Source of the DNA: Thermoanaerobaculia bacterium
GTDB taxonomy: Bacteria > Acidobacteriota > Thermoanaerobaculia > Multivoradales > Multivoraceae
Reading direction: 5' to 3'
NCBI GenBank assembly: GCA_963664405.1
Contig: OY761158.1
Span: forward strand, 1,472,001-1,536,000
DNA length: 64,000 bases
Numbering within the stretch: position 1 is the stretch's first letter; each line of letters starts with the position of its first letter. Under the pieces are notes generated by a model. That model was not told the origin of the DNA and searched no databases. It saw only the letters and a list, made by a program, of their open reading frames with translations. A program made the position numbers and the translations under genes. This document shows, one piece after another, positions 1 through 9,873 of this stretch.

Positions 1-525
1 CTCTGAGCCCGTCGCGCGTCGGTCGTCGCAGCCGAGCGGCTCCGTGCTCACGGACCCAATCACCCCTGCCTGGGCCGAGCCGGTTTCGGCGCTTTCGTAG
101 AGAACCGCGGTAGGAAACTGGCCTGCGCAGTACTAGGAACCTAATCCCGGCTCGGCACGACGGGCTACGCCTCGGCTGCGCCGGGAACGCCTCACGCCCC
201 TTCACCGGCTCTGAAGCTCGTCCCCTGCGCTAGATGCAGACCCGCGCCCCTCGGAGGAAGACCAGAGCGCTGACGCCTACGATCCTTCAGGTGGGTAGCC
301 TGCGAATCTCAGGTGCTCACACTCCCTCAGCTGTGTGCCCTCGGGAGGCGACGAAGAGTCGGCGAGGGAGAGGGGGGCGCATTAATGCTGAGCGCACTCA
401 TAGGAGCGGCCGCCGTTCACCCCGAGGAGCACCCGCCCCCCTCCGGCCCCCTCGCAGCCCCCCCTCCGCGTCGGGGGCCCCAGCCAAGAGCGCGAGCCGC
501 TGGTTCTTGATAATCTGGCAGATCC

Positions 526-1557
526 ATGACGACGGTGACCGACCCAGGAATCGCTCCGCCGCGGAGGGCGGCGAAGAAGCACGATCTACGGATACGGCCC
601 CGCCGGAATCGGGTGAGCGCGGCGATTCGCTCGATGGTGCGGGAAACGGAGCTCTCCGCCGCCCATCTCATTTATCCCCTCTTCGTTGTCGACGGGCAAG
701 GGCAGAAGGAGCCCATTGGCTCCATGCCAGGAGTATCGCGCCTCTCGATCGACCTGCTGCTCGATGAAGCCGCGGCTGCGGCTGCGCTGGGAGTGCCGGC
801 AGTTGCCCTCTTCCCAGCCCTCCCGGACACTCTCAAAGACCGCTTCGCGACCGAGTCGACCAACCCGACGGGCCTGCTCCAGAAGACGGTGAGAGAGCTC
901 AAGAGCGCGCTCCCCGAACTGATGGTGATCACCGATGTCGCCATGGACCCCTACTCGAGCGACGGTCACGACGGCCTGGTCGAGGACGGCAAGATCGTCA
1001 ACGACGAGACCCTCGACATCCTCGCCGCGATGGCGGTCTCCCAGGCCGAAGCGGGCGCCGACATGGTCGCCCCGTCAGATATGATGGACGGCCGGGTGGG
1101 AGTGTTGCGCAGCGCCCTGGACGAGAGCGGCTTCCAGGACGTCGGCATCCTCGCCTACTCCGCCAAATACGCATCCTCTTTCTACGGACCCTTCCGCGAA
1201 GCCCTCGACTCCGAGCCCCGCGGCGGCGACAAGAAGACCTACCAGATGGATCCTGCGAACGTACGTGAGGCCCTGCGCGAGGTGGAGCTGGATGTCCGCG
1301 AAGGCGCCGACATAGTGATGGTCAAGCCCGCTCTGCCCTACCTCGACGTCATCCGCAGGGTGAAGGAAGCTGTCGACGTGCCGGTCGCTGCCTATCAAGT
1401 CAGCGGCGAGTACGCGATGATCCAGGCCGCCGCCGAGAGAGGTTGGATGGAAGCTGACGCCCTGATGATCGAGTCCCTCACCGGGATCCGGCGAGCGGGC
1501 GCCGATGTCATCCTGACCTACTTCGCCCGCCGTCTGGCCGAGGTGCTGGCTCGATGA
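526..1557 (+). CDS. hemB: Porphobilinogen synthase (ALA dehydratase), Asp-rich (Mg-type, non-Zn) active site
   Basis: Motifs [44 protein letters not shown]; metal segment [14 protein letters not shown] lacks the Cys of Zn-type enzymes. Confidence 0.97.
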   Translation: MTTVTDPGIAPPRRAAKKHDLRIRPRRNRVSAAIRSMVRETELSAAHLIYPLFVVDGQGQKEPIGSMPGVSRLSIDLLLDEAAAAAALGVPAVALFPALPDTLKDRFATESTNPTGLLQKTVRELKSALPELMVITDVAMDPYSSDGHDGLVEDGKIVNDETLDILAAMAVSQAEAGADMVAPSDMMDGRVGVLRSALDESGFQDVGILAYSAKYASSFYGPFREALDSEPRGGDKKTYQMDPANVREALREVELDVREGADIVMVKPALPYLDVIRRVKEAVDVPVAAYQVSGEYAMIQAAAERGWMEADALMIESLTGIRRAGADVILTYFARRLAEVLAR

Positions 1558-2042
1558 GTGAAGACGCCTCGCAGCCCTTCGCCGCCCGCACTAGCGTCGA
1601 GCAGGTCGAAGAAGGACACGAGCTGGCGCCGAAGTTCGACGACAACGGTCTCATCCCCGCGATCACCACCGACGCCACCACCGGCGAGGTGTTGATGCAC
1701 GGCTACATGAATGAGGCTGCCCTACGGCAGACTCTCGAGCTCGGCGAAGCCGTCTACTGGAGCCGAAGCCGCCAGGCCTTGTGGCACAAGGGAGCCACCA
1801 GCGGCCTGGTGCAACGCGTCGTCGAGATCCGCATCGACGACGACCAGGATGCGATCTGGCTCCGAGTGGAGTCGGTGGGCGGAGCCAGCTGCCACGTCGG
1901 CTATCGCTCCTGCTTCTATCGCCGCATCCCCCTCGCGGCCGAGAGCAGCGAGGGCGACACCCGCCTAGTATTCACCGAAGAGGAAAAGGTCTTCGACCCC
2001 GAAGAAGTCTACGGCGACGCACCAAACCCGACTCGTCTCTAG
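1554..2042 (+). CDS. hisI: Phosphoribosyl-AMP cyclohydrolase
   Basis: [37 protein letters not shown]; DDDQD in place of DCDxD; ATGA overlap with hemB. Confidence 0.93.
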   Translation: MSEDASQPFAARTSVEQVEEGHELAPKFDDNGLIPAITTDATTGEVLMHGYMNEAALRQTLELGEAVYWSRSRQALWHKGATSGLVQRVVEIRIDDDQDAIWLRVESVGGASCHVGYRSCFYRRIPLAAESSEGDTRLVFTEEEKVFDPEEVYGDAPNPTRL

Positions 2043-2203
2043 ACCCAGCGTCGCGCCTGGGGCGGCATGGCCGGGGCGTCTGACAGCGAGGCGATCTCGA
2101 AGGGGCCGGAGGCAGGCGGCGCGCCAATCACCTCGGCAGCTGAGTCGCGACCCTCGGCTGACCCCAGATACGAAACGAATCAAGGATAACCATAGAGATA
2201 GAG

Positions 2204-3259
2204 GTGACGCTCTGTAGACAAATAGTATCGATTTGCCTCCTCCTCCCGACCATGGCTCTCGTGGCTTGCTCAGGTAGCAGTGAAACCAACGACGAGCAGA
2301 AGCTGATCGACGTCAGCTACGAAAATTACAATCAGGCTGAGACAGCTCGGAACTTCGACAACTGGGCCAAGTTGGGCAGCAACAACAGCATGTTGCACCT
2401 CGAGGAACTGTCGCCCATCGGCCCCGATGCTCCGACCATCCGAATGAATCTCGACACCCTCTACAGCGTCGGCGTCTATGACAATGACGGCGAGATGAGC
2501 GTTACGATTCCCGATTCCGACCTCTACCAGACGGTGATGATCCTCGATACCGATGGCTACACGCCCTTCTTCCTTTCCGAGCCCGGAACCCACCTTGTGA
2601 AGCATGACTCCGATTACTTGTTCATCGCCGTTCGCACTGGGATCGAGGATCGGCATGATGAGGCCTCCTTCGAAGAGGCTTACGTGGTGCAGGAGGGGAT
2701 CAAGGTGGAAGGAAACGGAACGAAGCCGTATGTGATGCCTGCGTTCGATCAGGAGCAGCTTCACGCCCTCACCGCCGAGTAAAACAAGAAGATGCTCGAG
2801 GCAAAAGTGCCCTTCGTCTATGGCGACGGAACGACGCCCGTCAACGAGGAGCACCGAACCTGGTCGAACGGGGCCGGCTGGGGAGGGATGGCCACCGAGG
2901 TGGGTAGGTCGAACACCTACAATTCGTCAGAGACGTTGCCTGGCGATACATGCATGGCCATTACGTTTCCCGAGACCGGCAACAAGTTCTTTACCTCCTT
3001 CACCATCTACGACACGAATGGCTATCTCATGGAGGGCAACAGCCACATCAACAGCTATACATGGAAGCCGAATGACGACGGCTCTACCACCATCCACTTC
3101 AACTGCGAGGGAGAGCAGGACAATATTGAGTCCAACGGCAACGAGTTCAACTACATCGTACGCAACTACGGTGTAAGCCAGGAAGTCATCGACCTAAAGA
3201 TCAACCCGGTGAAGCCTGAGCCGGTACTGTCGGATCCAGAGAAGGTCGAAGGGAACTAA
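2204..3259 (+). pseudogene. DUF1254/DUF1214-like lipoprotein split by an in-frame TAA at 2780-2782
   Basis: Lipobox LVAC; IRMNLDTLYS, GWGG, FTSFTIYDTNGY, YIVRNY; ORFs 2204-2782 and 2792-3259 share a frame (..AE*NKKMLE..). Confidence 0.7.
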
Positions 3260-3304
3260 GGCCTGCATACGATCAATAGTTTCGAGGCGCCGCCAAAGCT
3301 ATCG

Positions 3305-3650
3305 TCATGCGCTCTGCGCCCTCTGAATGTGTCCAATGATGCGCCTGGCGATTTCCTCAGACCCTTCCTCAGACGTATCCAGCGTTAGCGCGTTTGCGTG
3401 AGGTACCTCGAGCACTTCGAAGTCTTCAAGGTATCGAGCGATGTTGGTCACGTCAATGTCCTTCAATCGCGCCCTGCGGTCCGGTGAGTCCTTGCGTTCG
3501 CGGAGGGTCTTCGCATCACACGTGAGCCACACCGGAAAGAAGCCGGCTCCCCGGTCGATCGCCAACTGCTCGATCCGGCGAAACAACGCAGCAGCGCCAT
3601 CGTTGTTAGCCTCCAGCACATTCGTGAAGACGAAACTGTCGCTGGGGGGG
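3305..3650 (-). pseudogene. C-terminal remnant of a P-loop nucleotide-kinase-like (AAA_33-type) protein
   Basis: FVFTNVL..FFPVWLTCDAKTLRER..DRRARLK..LTLDTS; no Walker A and no credible start. Confidence 0.45.
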
Positions 3651-3715
3651 CTGCTAAGACCCTTCGGCTGTTCGCAAGTAGTCGATTGCATAGACGCCAC
3701 GCGACCCTCTCTAAC

Positions 3716-4243
3716 GTGTCATTCGATTATCAACCAAGTCTGAAAGGCGAGTTTGTCGAGCTCAGGCCACTTCGGGCTGAAGACTATGACGACTTGTACG
3801 CTGTCGCTGCCGATCCGCTCATATGGGAACAACACCCGGCCAGAAATCGTCACGAAGGAGCGGTCTTCCGTGCATTCTTTTCCGAGGCACTAGCGTCCGG
3901 CGGCGCCTTGATCGTCATTGATAGCAACAGTCAGCGAACTATTGGATCTTCGCGGTTTCACGGTTTCGATCCTGAGCGACGCGAGGTCGAGATTGGCTGG
4001 ACGTTCTTGGCTCGATCCCACTGGGGCGGCACCTACAACGGTGAGATGAAGCGGCTGATGCTGCGGCACGCCTTCACTTTCGTGAGTACCGTCGTCTTTC
4101 TCGTGGGTCTCGACAACATCCGTTCGCAGCGCTCCGTGGAAAAAATCGGCGCTGTTCGCGCTGGAACGAGACCCGACGCGGGCGGGAGAGACAGCTACGT
4201 TTATCGGATTGCTGCCTCTGCGTTCGGAAAGTCGGACGTTTGA
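3716..4243 (+). CDS. GNAT N-acetyltransferase (RimJ/RimL type)
   Basis: VELRPL, IGSSRF, VEIGWTFLARSHWGG, NIRSQRSVEKIG; GTG start at 3716 inferred. Confidence 0.85.
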   Translation: MSFDYQPSLKGEFVELRPLRAEDYDDLYAVAADPLIWEQHPARNRHEGAVFRAFFSEALASGGALIVIDSNSQRTIGSSRFHGFDPERREVEIGWTFLARSHWGGTYNGEMKRLMLRHAFTFVSTVVFLVGLDNIRSQRSVEKIGAVRAGTRPDAGGRDSYVYRIAASAFGKSDV

Positions 4244-4466
4244 CGTCGCGATGGCGCTATTCTTCGATGAGAACGGCCTCTTCATGCCGGATCCGGAGCA
4301 TTCGGGCTCAGAAGATCGCTTCGTGCTCCTTGGTCTGAGTCAGGCGTTGAAGCTCTTAGTCGTGTGCCACTGCTACCGCGAGAGAGAAGAGATCATTCGG
4401 ATCATTAGCGCACGAAAGGCTGATCGATCGGAGCGTCGACAATACGGCGAACGGATACCAAAATGA
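4236..4466 (+). pseudogene. BrnT-family toxin, N-terminally truncated
   Basis: DPEHSGSEDRFVLLG..LVVCH..IRIISARKA; the N-terminal FEWD..K..N..KHG segment is missing. Confidence 0.75.
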
Positions 4467-4680
4467 AAAAGAGCTACGATTTTTCGAAAGCGAAACGGAA
4501 TCCTTACGCCAAGCGACTGAAGAAGCAGATCACCATCCGCATCGCCACCCCGCACTAGACTATTTCCGAGATCTCTCGGAGGAGCTCGGTATTCCGTACC
4601 AGACGCTCATCAACCTCTATCTGAGCGACTGTGCAAGGACGGAGAAGCGGCCATCCTTGAAGTGGAGGGCTTCGAACTGA
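4463..4680 (+). pseudogene. BrnA-family antitoxin with a 1-nt frameshift at the C-run 4548-4551
   Basis: MKKSYDFSKAKRNPYAKRLKKQITIRI, then in a shifted frame LDYFRDLSEELGIPYQTLINLYL; ATGA overlap with the toxin stop. Confidence 0.8.
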
Positions 4681-4835
4681 GCGGCCGTACAGAGCTGTAA
4701 CTGAACCAGAGCGCCACCCGAGAAGATTTGACGTCTGCTCCACCAACCTTTGAGATATTCGGGTGGCACCCAGATGTTCGGGTCGCACGAAGCGACCTTC
4801 TGGCAGGGAGCGCCGGCCGTCATCGAAAGCGTGGA

Positions 4836-4991
4836 GAGCGGCCGAGCTGGGTGCGGCGTGGGGGGTCGCGGGGACCGGGCGGCGCAGCATAATTCTACCG
4901 TCGCAATTCGGCTTCAACGCCTGCGCCTCATGCCACCCGCGGAGCCGCCCGGTCCCCGCGACCCCCACGCCTGCACCCAGCTCGGCCGCTC
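4836..4991. repeat. Long near-perfect inverted repeat (48-nt arms, 60-nt spacer)
   Basis: 4836-4883 is the reverse complement of 4944-4991 except for two 1-nt indels. Confidence 0.9.
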
Positions 4992-5030
4992 GTTCGGAGC
5001 GACGCCCCAGGCGCCCACCCCGCTCCGCCC

Positions 5031-5741
5031 TCAAGACCCCTTGCGGACGAAGACGACTTGGAGGTCGCGCTTGGCGGGGTCCATGGTCCATAGGCCGAGC
5101 TCTTCGTCGACCATCGCTCCGGGGGGGAGGTCCGGGAGCTCTTCTCGTGGCGGGATCGAGCTTTCTGCCACCTCCCAGGCTCCGCCGGCCTCGGCGACGT
5201 TAGCCATGACGACCTCGAGGTCGGGGAAGGCTTTGTTCAGGACTCGGACTCGGACCCTCTCGGCGAGCTCAGGGGCTTCGGCGAACGCGAACTCGAGCAT
5301 GTAGACGAAGAACCCCTCGGTGCCCTTGCCGTTGATCGGCGTATCCACCGGGCGCCAGCTTCCCGCCGGGGAGCGCCCGTCGATCTCGAGGATGAGCTCC
5401 TTGGCGAAGCTCTCGAGCCGCGCATCGCGGTACTTGTCCTCGAGCGCCTCGAAGCCGCCCGCCTCGATCTCGGCCAACAGATCGACATCGGCGTAGAACT
5501 CCTTGAAGTCCGCCACCAGCTCGATCGTCGGTACCTCGAGGACGACCACCGCCTCCAGGCCCTCTTCGTCCAGAGATATCGCACTCTTCGCCGAGTGGAA
5601 GGTCGGCCAGAAGAAATGGGCCGCGGCGGCCTCGGCCAGCACGATACAGAGGAAGAAGGTGATGACTGCGACGTGGGTCGGCACGCACCCCACGAAAACG
5701 CGCAGAGTCGAAGCGCGCGTCGGGTTCAATGGCTCATGCAA
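5031..5741 (-). CDS. Secreted hypothetical protein, possibly metal-related; start uncertain
   Basis: Signal-peptide-like ..IVLAEAAAA|H with His at the predicted mature N-terminus; acidic; divergent from the ABC operon. Confidence 0.6.
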   Translation of the reverse strand: MHEPLNPTRASTLRVFVGCVPTHVAVITFFLCIVLAEAAAAHFFWPTFHSAKSAISLDEEGLEAVVVLEVPTIELVADFKEFYADVDLLAEIEAGGFEALEDKYRDARLESFAKELILEIDGRSPAGSWRPVDTPINGKGTEGFFVYMLEFAFAEAPELAERVRVRVLNKAFPDLEVVMANVAEAGGAWEVAESSIPPREELPDLPPGAMVDEELGLWTMDPAKRDLQVVFVRKGS

Positions 5742-5829
5742 AGGGAGGGACTCCAGGACCGCTGGACAACCTATAATCCGCCCCTACCCATGTCAACGAA
5801 GCAGCCCAGCGGGCGGAGCTCACCAGAAG

Positions 5830-6474
5830 ATGCTGGTTTCTAGCGGGAGACTCGCCGCACTCCTCCTGCTGGCCGCCGGCTGCCAGTCCTCTAGCGACCC
5901 GGGCGGCGATGCGACTGAGGCGTCGGCGCAGTTTCGGGAGCTGCACCGCCGTGTGTACGATGTCTACGAGCTGGGAACCGATAGAGATGCGGTGCATGAC
6001 CTCCTATCGCAGATCTTCGCCGGCAAAGAGCTCACTCGCGAGTATCTCGAGCATTGGACCACGCTCTCTCGGATGCAGGCCGAAGGCACGGCCATCGATG
6101 TGCTCGCTGTCGACTACGAAGCCGTCGAGGTCGCCACCTCGAGCGACGACCGACTGGTGATCGAGGCCGACTGGAGCGTCGGCGGCATTGTCAGCCACCA
6201 GCTCCATAAACATCATCGGGTGAACCGATACCGAGCGGCCTACACTCTCGCGGCACTGACAGACGATCCCGATCAGCTACGCATCGTGGAGACGCGGCTG
6301 CGCAGCGCCGAGCGTGTCGGGACCCCGATGACCGGCTCCGGAGCCTTCCCGCTCGAAGACCTCCCGACTTCCGAGCGGGGGTTCGTCGGACCTGCCGAGC
6401 TCCTGGCAAGCGGGCTACTTGACGGCGATGACTCGAGTGCAGGCGAGGAGCAGAACGAGGAGGTCGCACCATGA
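5830..6474 (+). CDS. Lipoprotein with His-rich motif
   Basis: Lipobox LAAGC; WSVGGIVSHQLHKHHRVNRY; ATG 5830; stop overlaps the next ATG. Confidence 0.7.
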   Translation: MLVSSGRLAALLLLAAGCQSSSDPGGDATEASAQFRELHRRVYDVYELGTDRDAVHDLLSQIFAGKELTREYLEHWTTLSRMQAEGTAIDVLAVDYEAVEVATSSDDRLVIEADWSVGGIVSHQLHKHHRVNRYRAAYTLAALTDDPDQLRIVETRLRSAERVGTPMTGSGAFPLEDLPTSERGFVGPAELLASGLLDGDDSSAGEEQNEEVAP

Positions 6475-7217
6475 CCTCAGGAAAACCCACCGAAGAAGCG
6501 GAGACGAGCGTCCGCATTGCGAATCTGCGCTTCGCGTATCCGTCTCCGCATCCGAGCCGGCAGCGCTCCTTCACTCTGGCCGTCGACACCTGGAGGGTTG
6601 CGCAAGGCAGCAGAGTCGGCCTCTTTGGACCTTCGGGCTGCGGCAAGTCGACGCTCCTCAACCTGATCGGAGGCGTTCTCCAACCCCAGCAGGGCCGCAT
6701 CACGGTCGAGGGTCTCGAGCTGAGCACCCTCACAGATGCCGAAAGACGGGCGCATCGCATCCGGAACATCGGCTTCATCTTTCAAGACTTCCCTCTCGTC
6801 GACTACCTCGACGTCAACGAGAACGTGCTCTTCCCCTATCGCCTCAACTCCGCTCTGCGCCTTAATAACGATGCTCGAGATCGCGCGCGAACGCTTCTCG
6901 GGGATCTCGGCCTCGAAGACAAAGCGCAGCGACGCCCGCGCTCCCTCTCCAGCGGTGAGCGCCAACGCGTCGCGATTGCCCGAGCTCTCGTAACTCAACC
7001 GCGACTCCTGCTCGCCGACGAGCCAACAGCGGGCCTCGACCCGGACCAGAGCCTGGCCGTCGTGCGTCTCCTCGAAGAGGTGAGCGCCCGCCAGAATCTC
7101 ACCCTGCTGATGGTGACCCACGACCCTTCCCTGCTCGAGCTCTTCGACGAAGTCCTGGCGGTGGCCGACTACAACGAAGAGCTTGCCCGAAGAGTGGAGC
7201 CATCGGATGCTGCGTGA
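6471..7217 (+). CDS. ABC transporter ATP-binding protein (LolD/MacB-like)
   Basis: GPSGCGKS, LSSGERQRVAIARAL, LLADEPT, VTHD. Confidence 0.93.
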   Translation: MTSGKPTEEAETSVRIANLRFAYPSPHPSRQRSFTLAVDTWRVAQGSRVGLFGPSGCGKSTLLNLIGGVLQPQQGRITVEGLELSTLTDAERRAHRIRNIGFIFQDFPLVDYLDVNENVLFPYRLNSALRLNNDARDRARTLLGDLGLEDKAQRRPRSLSSGERQRVAIARALVTQPRLLLADEPTAGLDPDQSLAVVRLLEEVSARQNLTLLMVTHDPSLLELFDEVLAVADYNEELARRVEPSDAA

Positions 7218-8370
7218 CGCGCTCTTTCTCGCCTCGCACTATCTGCGCTCTTCGCCGGGGCGCAGCCTGGTGCTCGTATTGGGGTCGACCGCGGCCGCAT
7301 TCCTGCCCCTCTTCACCTTTCTTGCCGCCGACCTCGTCGAAGACACTCTCCTGCGCCGCGCCCAAGCCTCACCCGTTCTCATCGGTGCCAAGGGCAATGA
7401 GTTCGATCTCAGCATGAGCTCTCTTTACTTCCGGGGTCAGGTCGCCGAGCCGGTCCCCGTTCGCGAGCTGGATCGACTGGGAACGAGGAACGGAACTCTC
7501 GCAATCCCCCTCTACGTCGCCCACAGTATCGGAGGAACACCGCTGGTCGGCACCAGCGTCGAGTACTTCTCGGCCCGCTCGCTGCGCCCGGCACAGGGGC
7601 GACTTCCCGCCCTGCTGGGAGAGGTTGTGGCGGGAGCCGAAGTCGCCCACCGCCTCCGCCTCGAGATCGGCGAGCATGTTCGCTCCGACCTCGCGAACCT
7701 CTACAACCTGGCCGGCGGCTATCCAGTACTCCTCGAAGTTGTCGGAATCCTCGAGCGCTCTTCAACCCCGGACGACGACGCTTACTTCGCGGATGTCAAA
7801 ACCACCTGGGTCCTCGACGGTCTTTTCCACGGCCACCAAGCAGTGACCCGTGAGCAGACCTTGAATCCGGACGCCGGCGAGGGCGAGAACATGGAAGCAA
7901 CTGCCGCCCTCTTTCTCTTCGCCGATCTCGACGAGAGCAACCGATCCAGCTACCACATGCACGGCAGCACCGGAGATGCGCCCCTGAGCTCCATTCTGGT
8001 GCTCCCGGAGAGTCAGAAGGACCACGACATCCTGCTCGGCGATTACGCCCTCGAGCAGAATCTTCAGGCGATCGAGCCGGAGACCGTCGTGCGGACGGTG
8101 TTGGGCATCGTGCTGCGCGCTCGTGACGCGCTCAGCGCCTTCTTCGTCGTCGTAGCACTTTCCACTCTCTGTTTCTTCGTCCTGGTCATCTCTCTCACTC
8201 TGCGGCTACGCCGCCGTGAAATCGATCTGATGCAGCGAATCGGTAGCGGGCGCTTCGCCATCGCGACCATCGTCGGAACCGAGATCGTGCTCGTCCTGCT
8301 CGCTTCCGCACTGCTCTCGAGCGGTCTCACCTGGGCCGGACTCGCCCTGATCCGCTCTCAGCTGGCGTAG
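7207..8370 (+). CDS. ABC permease, FtsX/MacB-like
   Basis: N-terminal TM, large extracytoplasmic loop (IGAKGNEFDL, GLFHGH), C-terminal TMs with RRREIDLMQRIG. Confidence 0.85.
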   Translation: MLRDALFLASHYLRSSPGRSLVLVLGSTAAAFLPLFTFLAADLVEDTLLRRAQASPVLIGAKGNEFDLSMSSLYFRGQVAEPVPVRELDRLGTRNGTLAIPLYVAHSIGGTPLVGTSVEYFSARSLRPAQGRLPALLGEVVAGAEVAHRLRLEIGEHVRSDLANLYNLAGGYPVLLEVVGILERSSTPDDDAYFADVKTTWVLDGLFHGHQAVTREQTLNPDAGEGENMEATAALFLFADLDESNRSSYHMHGSTGDAPLSSILVLPESQKDHDILLGDYALEQNLQAIEPETVVRTVLGIVLRARDALSAFFVVVALSTLCFFVLVISLTLRLRRREIDLMQRIGSGRFAIATIVGTEIVLVLLASALLSSGLTWAGLALIRSQLA

Positions 8371-8392
8371 CCTCAGCGCGCGCGAGCGCGTC

Positions 8393-9829
8393 TCAGAGCA
8401 GTGCCCGTCGGCGCTTCGTTGCCTGCTCCAAGCTCCGTCGATAGTCGTCGGATTCCAACAGGCTTCGATGAAAGTCGCCCGCCTCACCGATCAGCCGGCC
8501 GGCCACATACATCGCGTGAATGGCTTGCGTCGTGTCGCCCATCGCCAGCGCGTTGAGGCCGGGCCGCTCGGGCCAGAATGCCGGATGCTCGAGGTCCCAC
8601 ACCAATAGATTCGCCAAAGCCCTCTCTTCCAGCACCCCCGCGCGAAAGGCCGGGTGGCCCTCGCCCGGGATCCTCCACACACGATCCAACAATCGTTCGG
8701 GCTCGGCCAGATCGGCCGCTCGCCCAAAGTGCTCACCGCGAGTGGACCAGGTCGACTCGGCATCGCGCTGCGCCCCCTCGGCGAGAAAGCGACGATAGTC
8801 GGAAGACCATGTCGTCCCCATCGATCGCTGACCCGCGACGTAGCGCAGCTCTTTCTGCAGGTTCATTGAATCGTTCGAAGGCGAGCAGTCGGTGGCAACG
8901 GCCCAGGACAGGCCGGCTGCGGAAAAACTCGCCGGGTCGGCCGGAAAAGCAAAGACGAGTTGGGAGTGAGGACAGAAGATCAACAGCACCCGATCCGGAT
9001 CCAAGAGCGCCAGCTCAGGGCGTGAAGCAAAGAGACAATGAGCAAAAACCCACCGTGGCACTCGCTCGAGCACGCCGAGCGACGCCAGCCAGCGCAAGGG
9101 CGTTGCCCCGCGCCGCTGGACACTGAAACGGTATTCCTCGATCGACTGAGCCAGGTGTGCGTGAATCGGCAAGGTGTGGGACTCGGCTATCTCCGCCGCC
9201 TCTCGCCACAGCTCGCCACTTGCCGTGTCAGTGGCATGAGGCCCCAGTGCGGCAAAGATGCCACGTTCGCCAAGGTCTGCCGAGCCGACGATCTCCAGGG
9301 TTGCCGCGATCTGCTGTCGGCTCTGTGCCATACCCGGCCCGGAAATGTCCTGCAAAGTAGGGGCGACTACCCCGGAGAGGCCTGTGTCGCACAGGGCCTC
9401 CACAATGGCAGCGCCGTGATAGTAGTGATCCCAGACCAGGCCCACGCCCTGAAGCAGGCTCTCGTAGGCGCCCATGCGCGAGAAGGCGAGCACGTCCTCC
9501 GGCTCGAGCCTGCTCTCGATCTCGAAGTAGAGCTGCCGCACCATATTGCCCTCGAGAACCTCCCGCTCGGCGAAGCCGCGCAGGAAGCCGAGGGAGAGAT
9601 GGGTGTGCGGGTTGACGAAGGCGGGAGTGATGAGACGATCTCCGAAAGACGAAGCTGTGGTGCCGAGCTCGGCGCCCCAGGCCGCCAGCTCATCCTCGAA
9701 TCCGGCCGCGGAGAGCGGCCGCACCTCGCGAATGCGAGACCCGTCAATCAGGATTGCGGCAGGAGCTACGTGATGCCCGCTCTCGCCGCTTCCGCACGCG
9801 ACCTGTCTCGAAGCAATCAGCTTGGTCAT
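8393..9829 (-). CDS. Metal-dependent amidohydrolase (TRZ/ATZ / MTA-SAH deaminase-like)
   Basis: PAFVNPHTH, GPHA, IHAHLAQ, AHC, VATD. Confidence 0.8.
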   Translation of the reverse strand: MTKLIASRQVACGSGESGHHVAPAAILIDGSRIREVRPLSAAGFEDELAAWGAELGTTASSFGDRLITPAFVNPHTHLSLGFLRGFAEREVLEGNMVRQLYFEIESRLEPEDVLAFSRMGAYESLLQGVGLVWDHYYHGAAIVEALCDTGLSGVVAPTLQDISGPGMAQSRQQIAATLEIVGSADLGERGIFAALGPHATDTASGELWREAAEIAESHTLPIHAHLAQSIEEYRFSVQRRGATPLRWLASLGVLERVPRWVFAHCLFASRPELALLDPDRVLLIFCPHSQLVFAFPADPASFSAAGLSWAVATDCSPSNDSMNLQKELRYVAGQRSMGTTWSSDYRRFLAEGAQRDAESTWSTRGEHFGRAADLAEPERLLDRVWRIPGEGHPAFRAGVLEERALANLLVWDLEHPAFWPERPGLNALAMGDTTQAIHAMYVAGRLIGEAGDFHRSLLESDDYRRSLEQATKRRRALL

Positions 9830-9873
9830 CGGAGGGCAGTCCGCCACACATCGAATGCGCGAGGAGCCAGACC

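Noticed and set aside
500-525. Full Zur/Fur box upstream of hemB
   Set aside because: Only TTGATAAT is present, with no matching inverted half
2780-2782. Selenocysteine or pyrrolysine readthrough
   Set aside because: The stop is TAA, one base from TAC (Tyr); a nonsense mutation or error is simpler
2204-4700. Integron cassette array
   Set aside because: Cassette-like genes are present, but I found no convincing RYYYAAC..GTTRRRY attC pairs and no integrase
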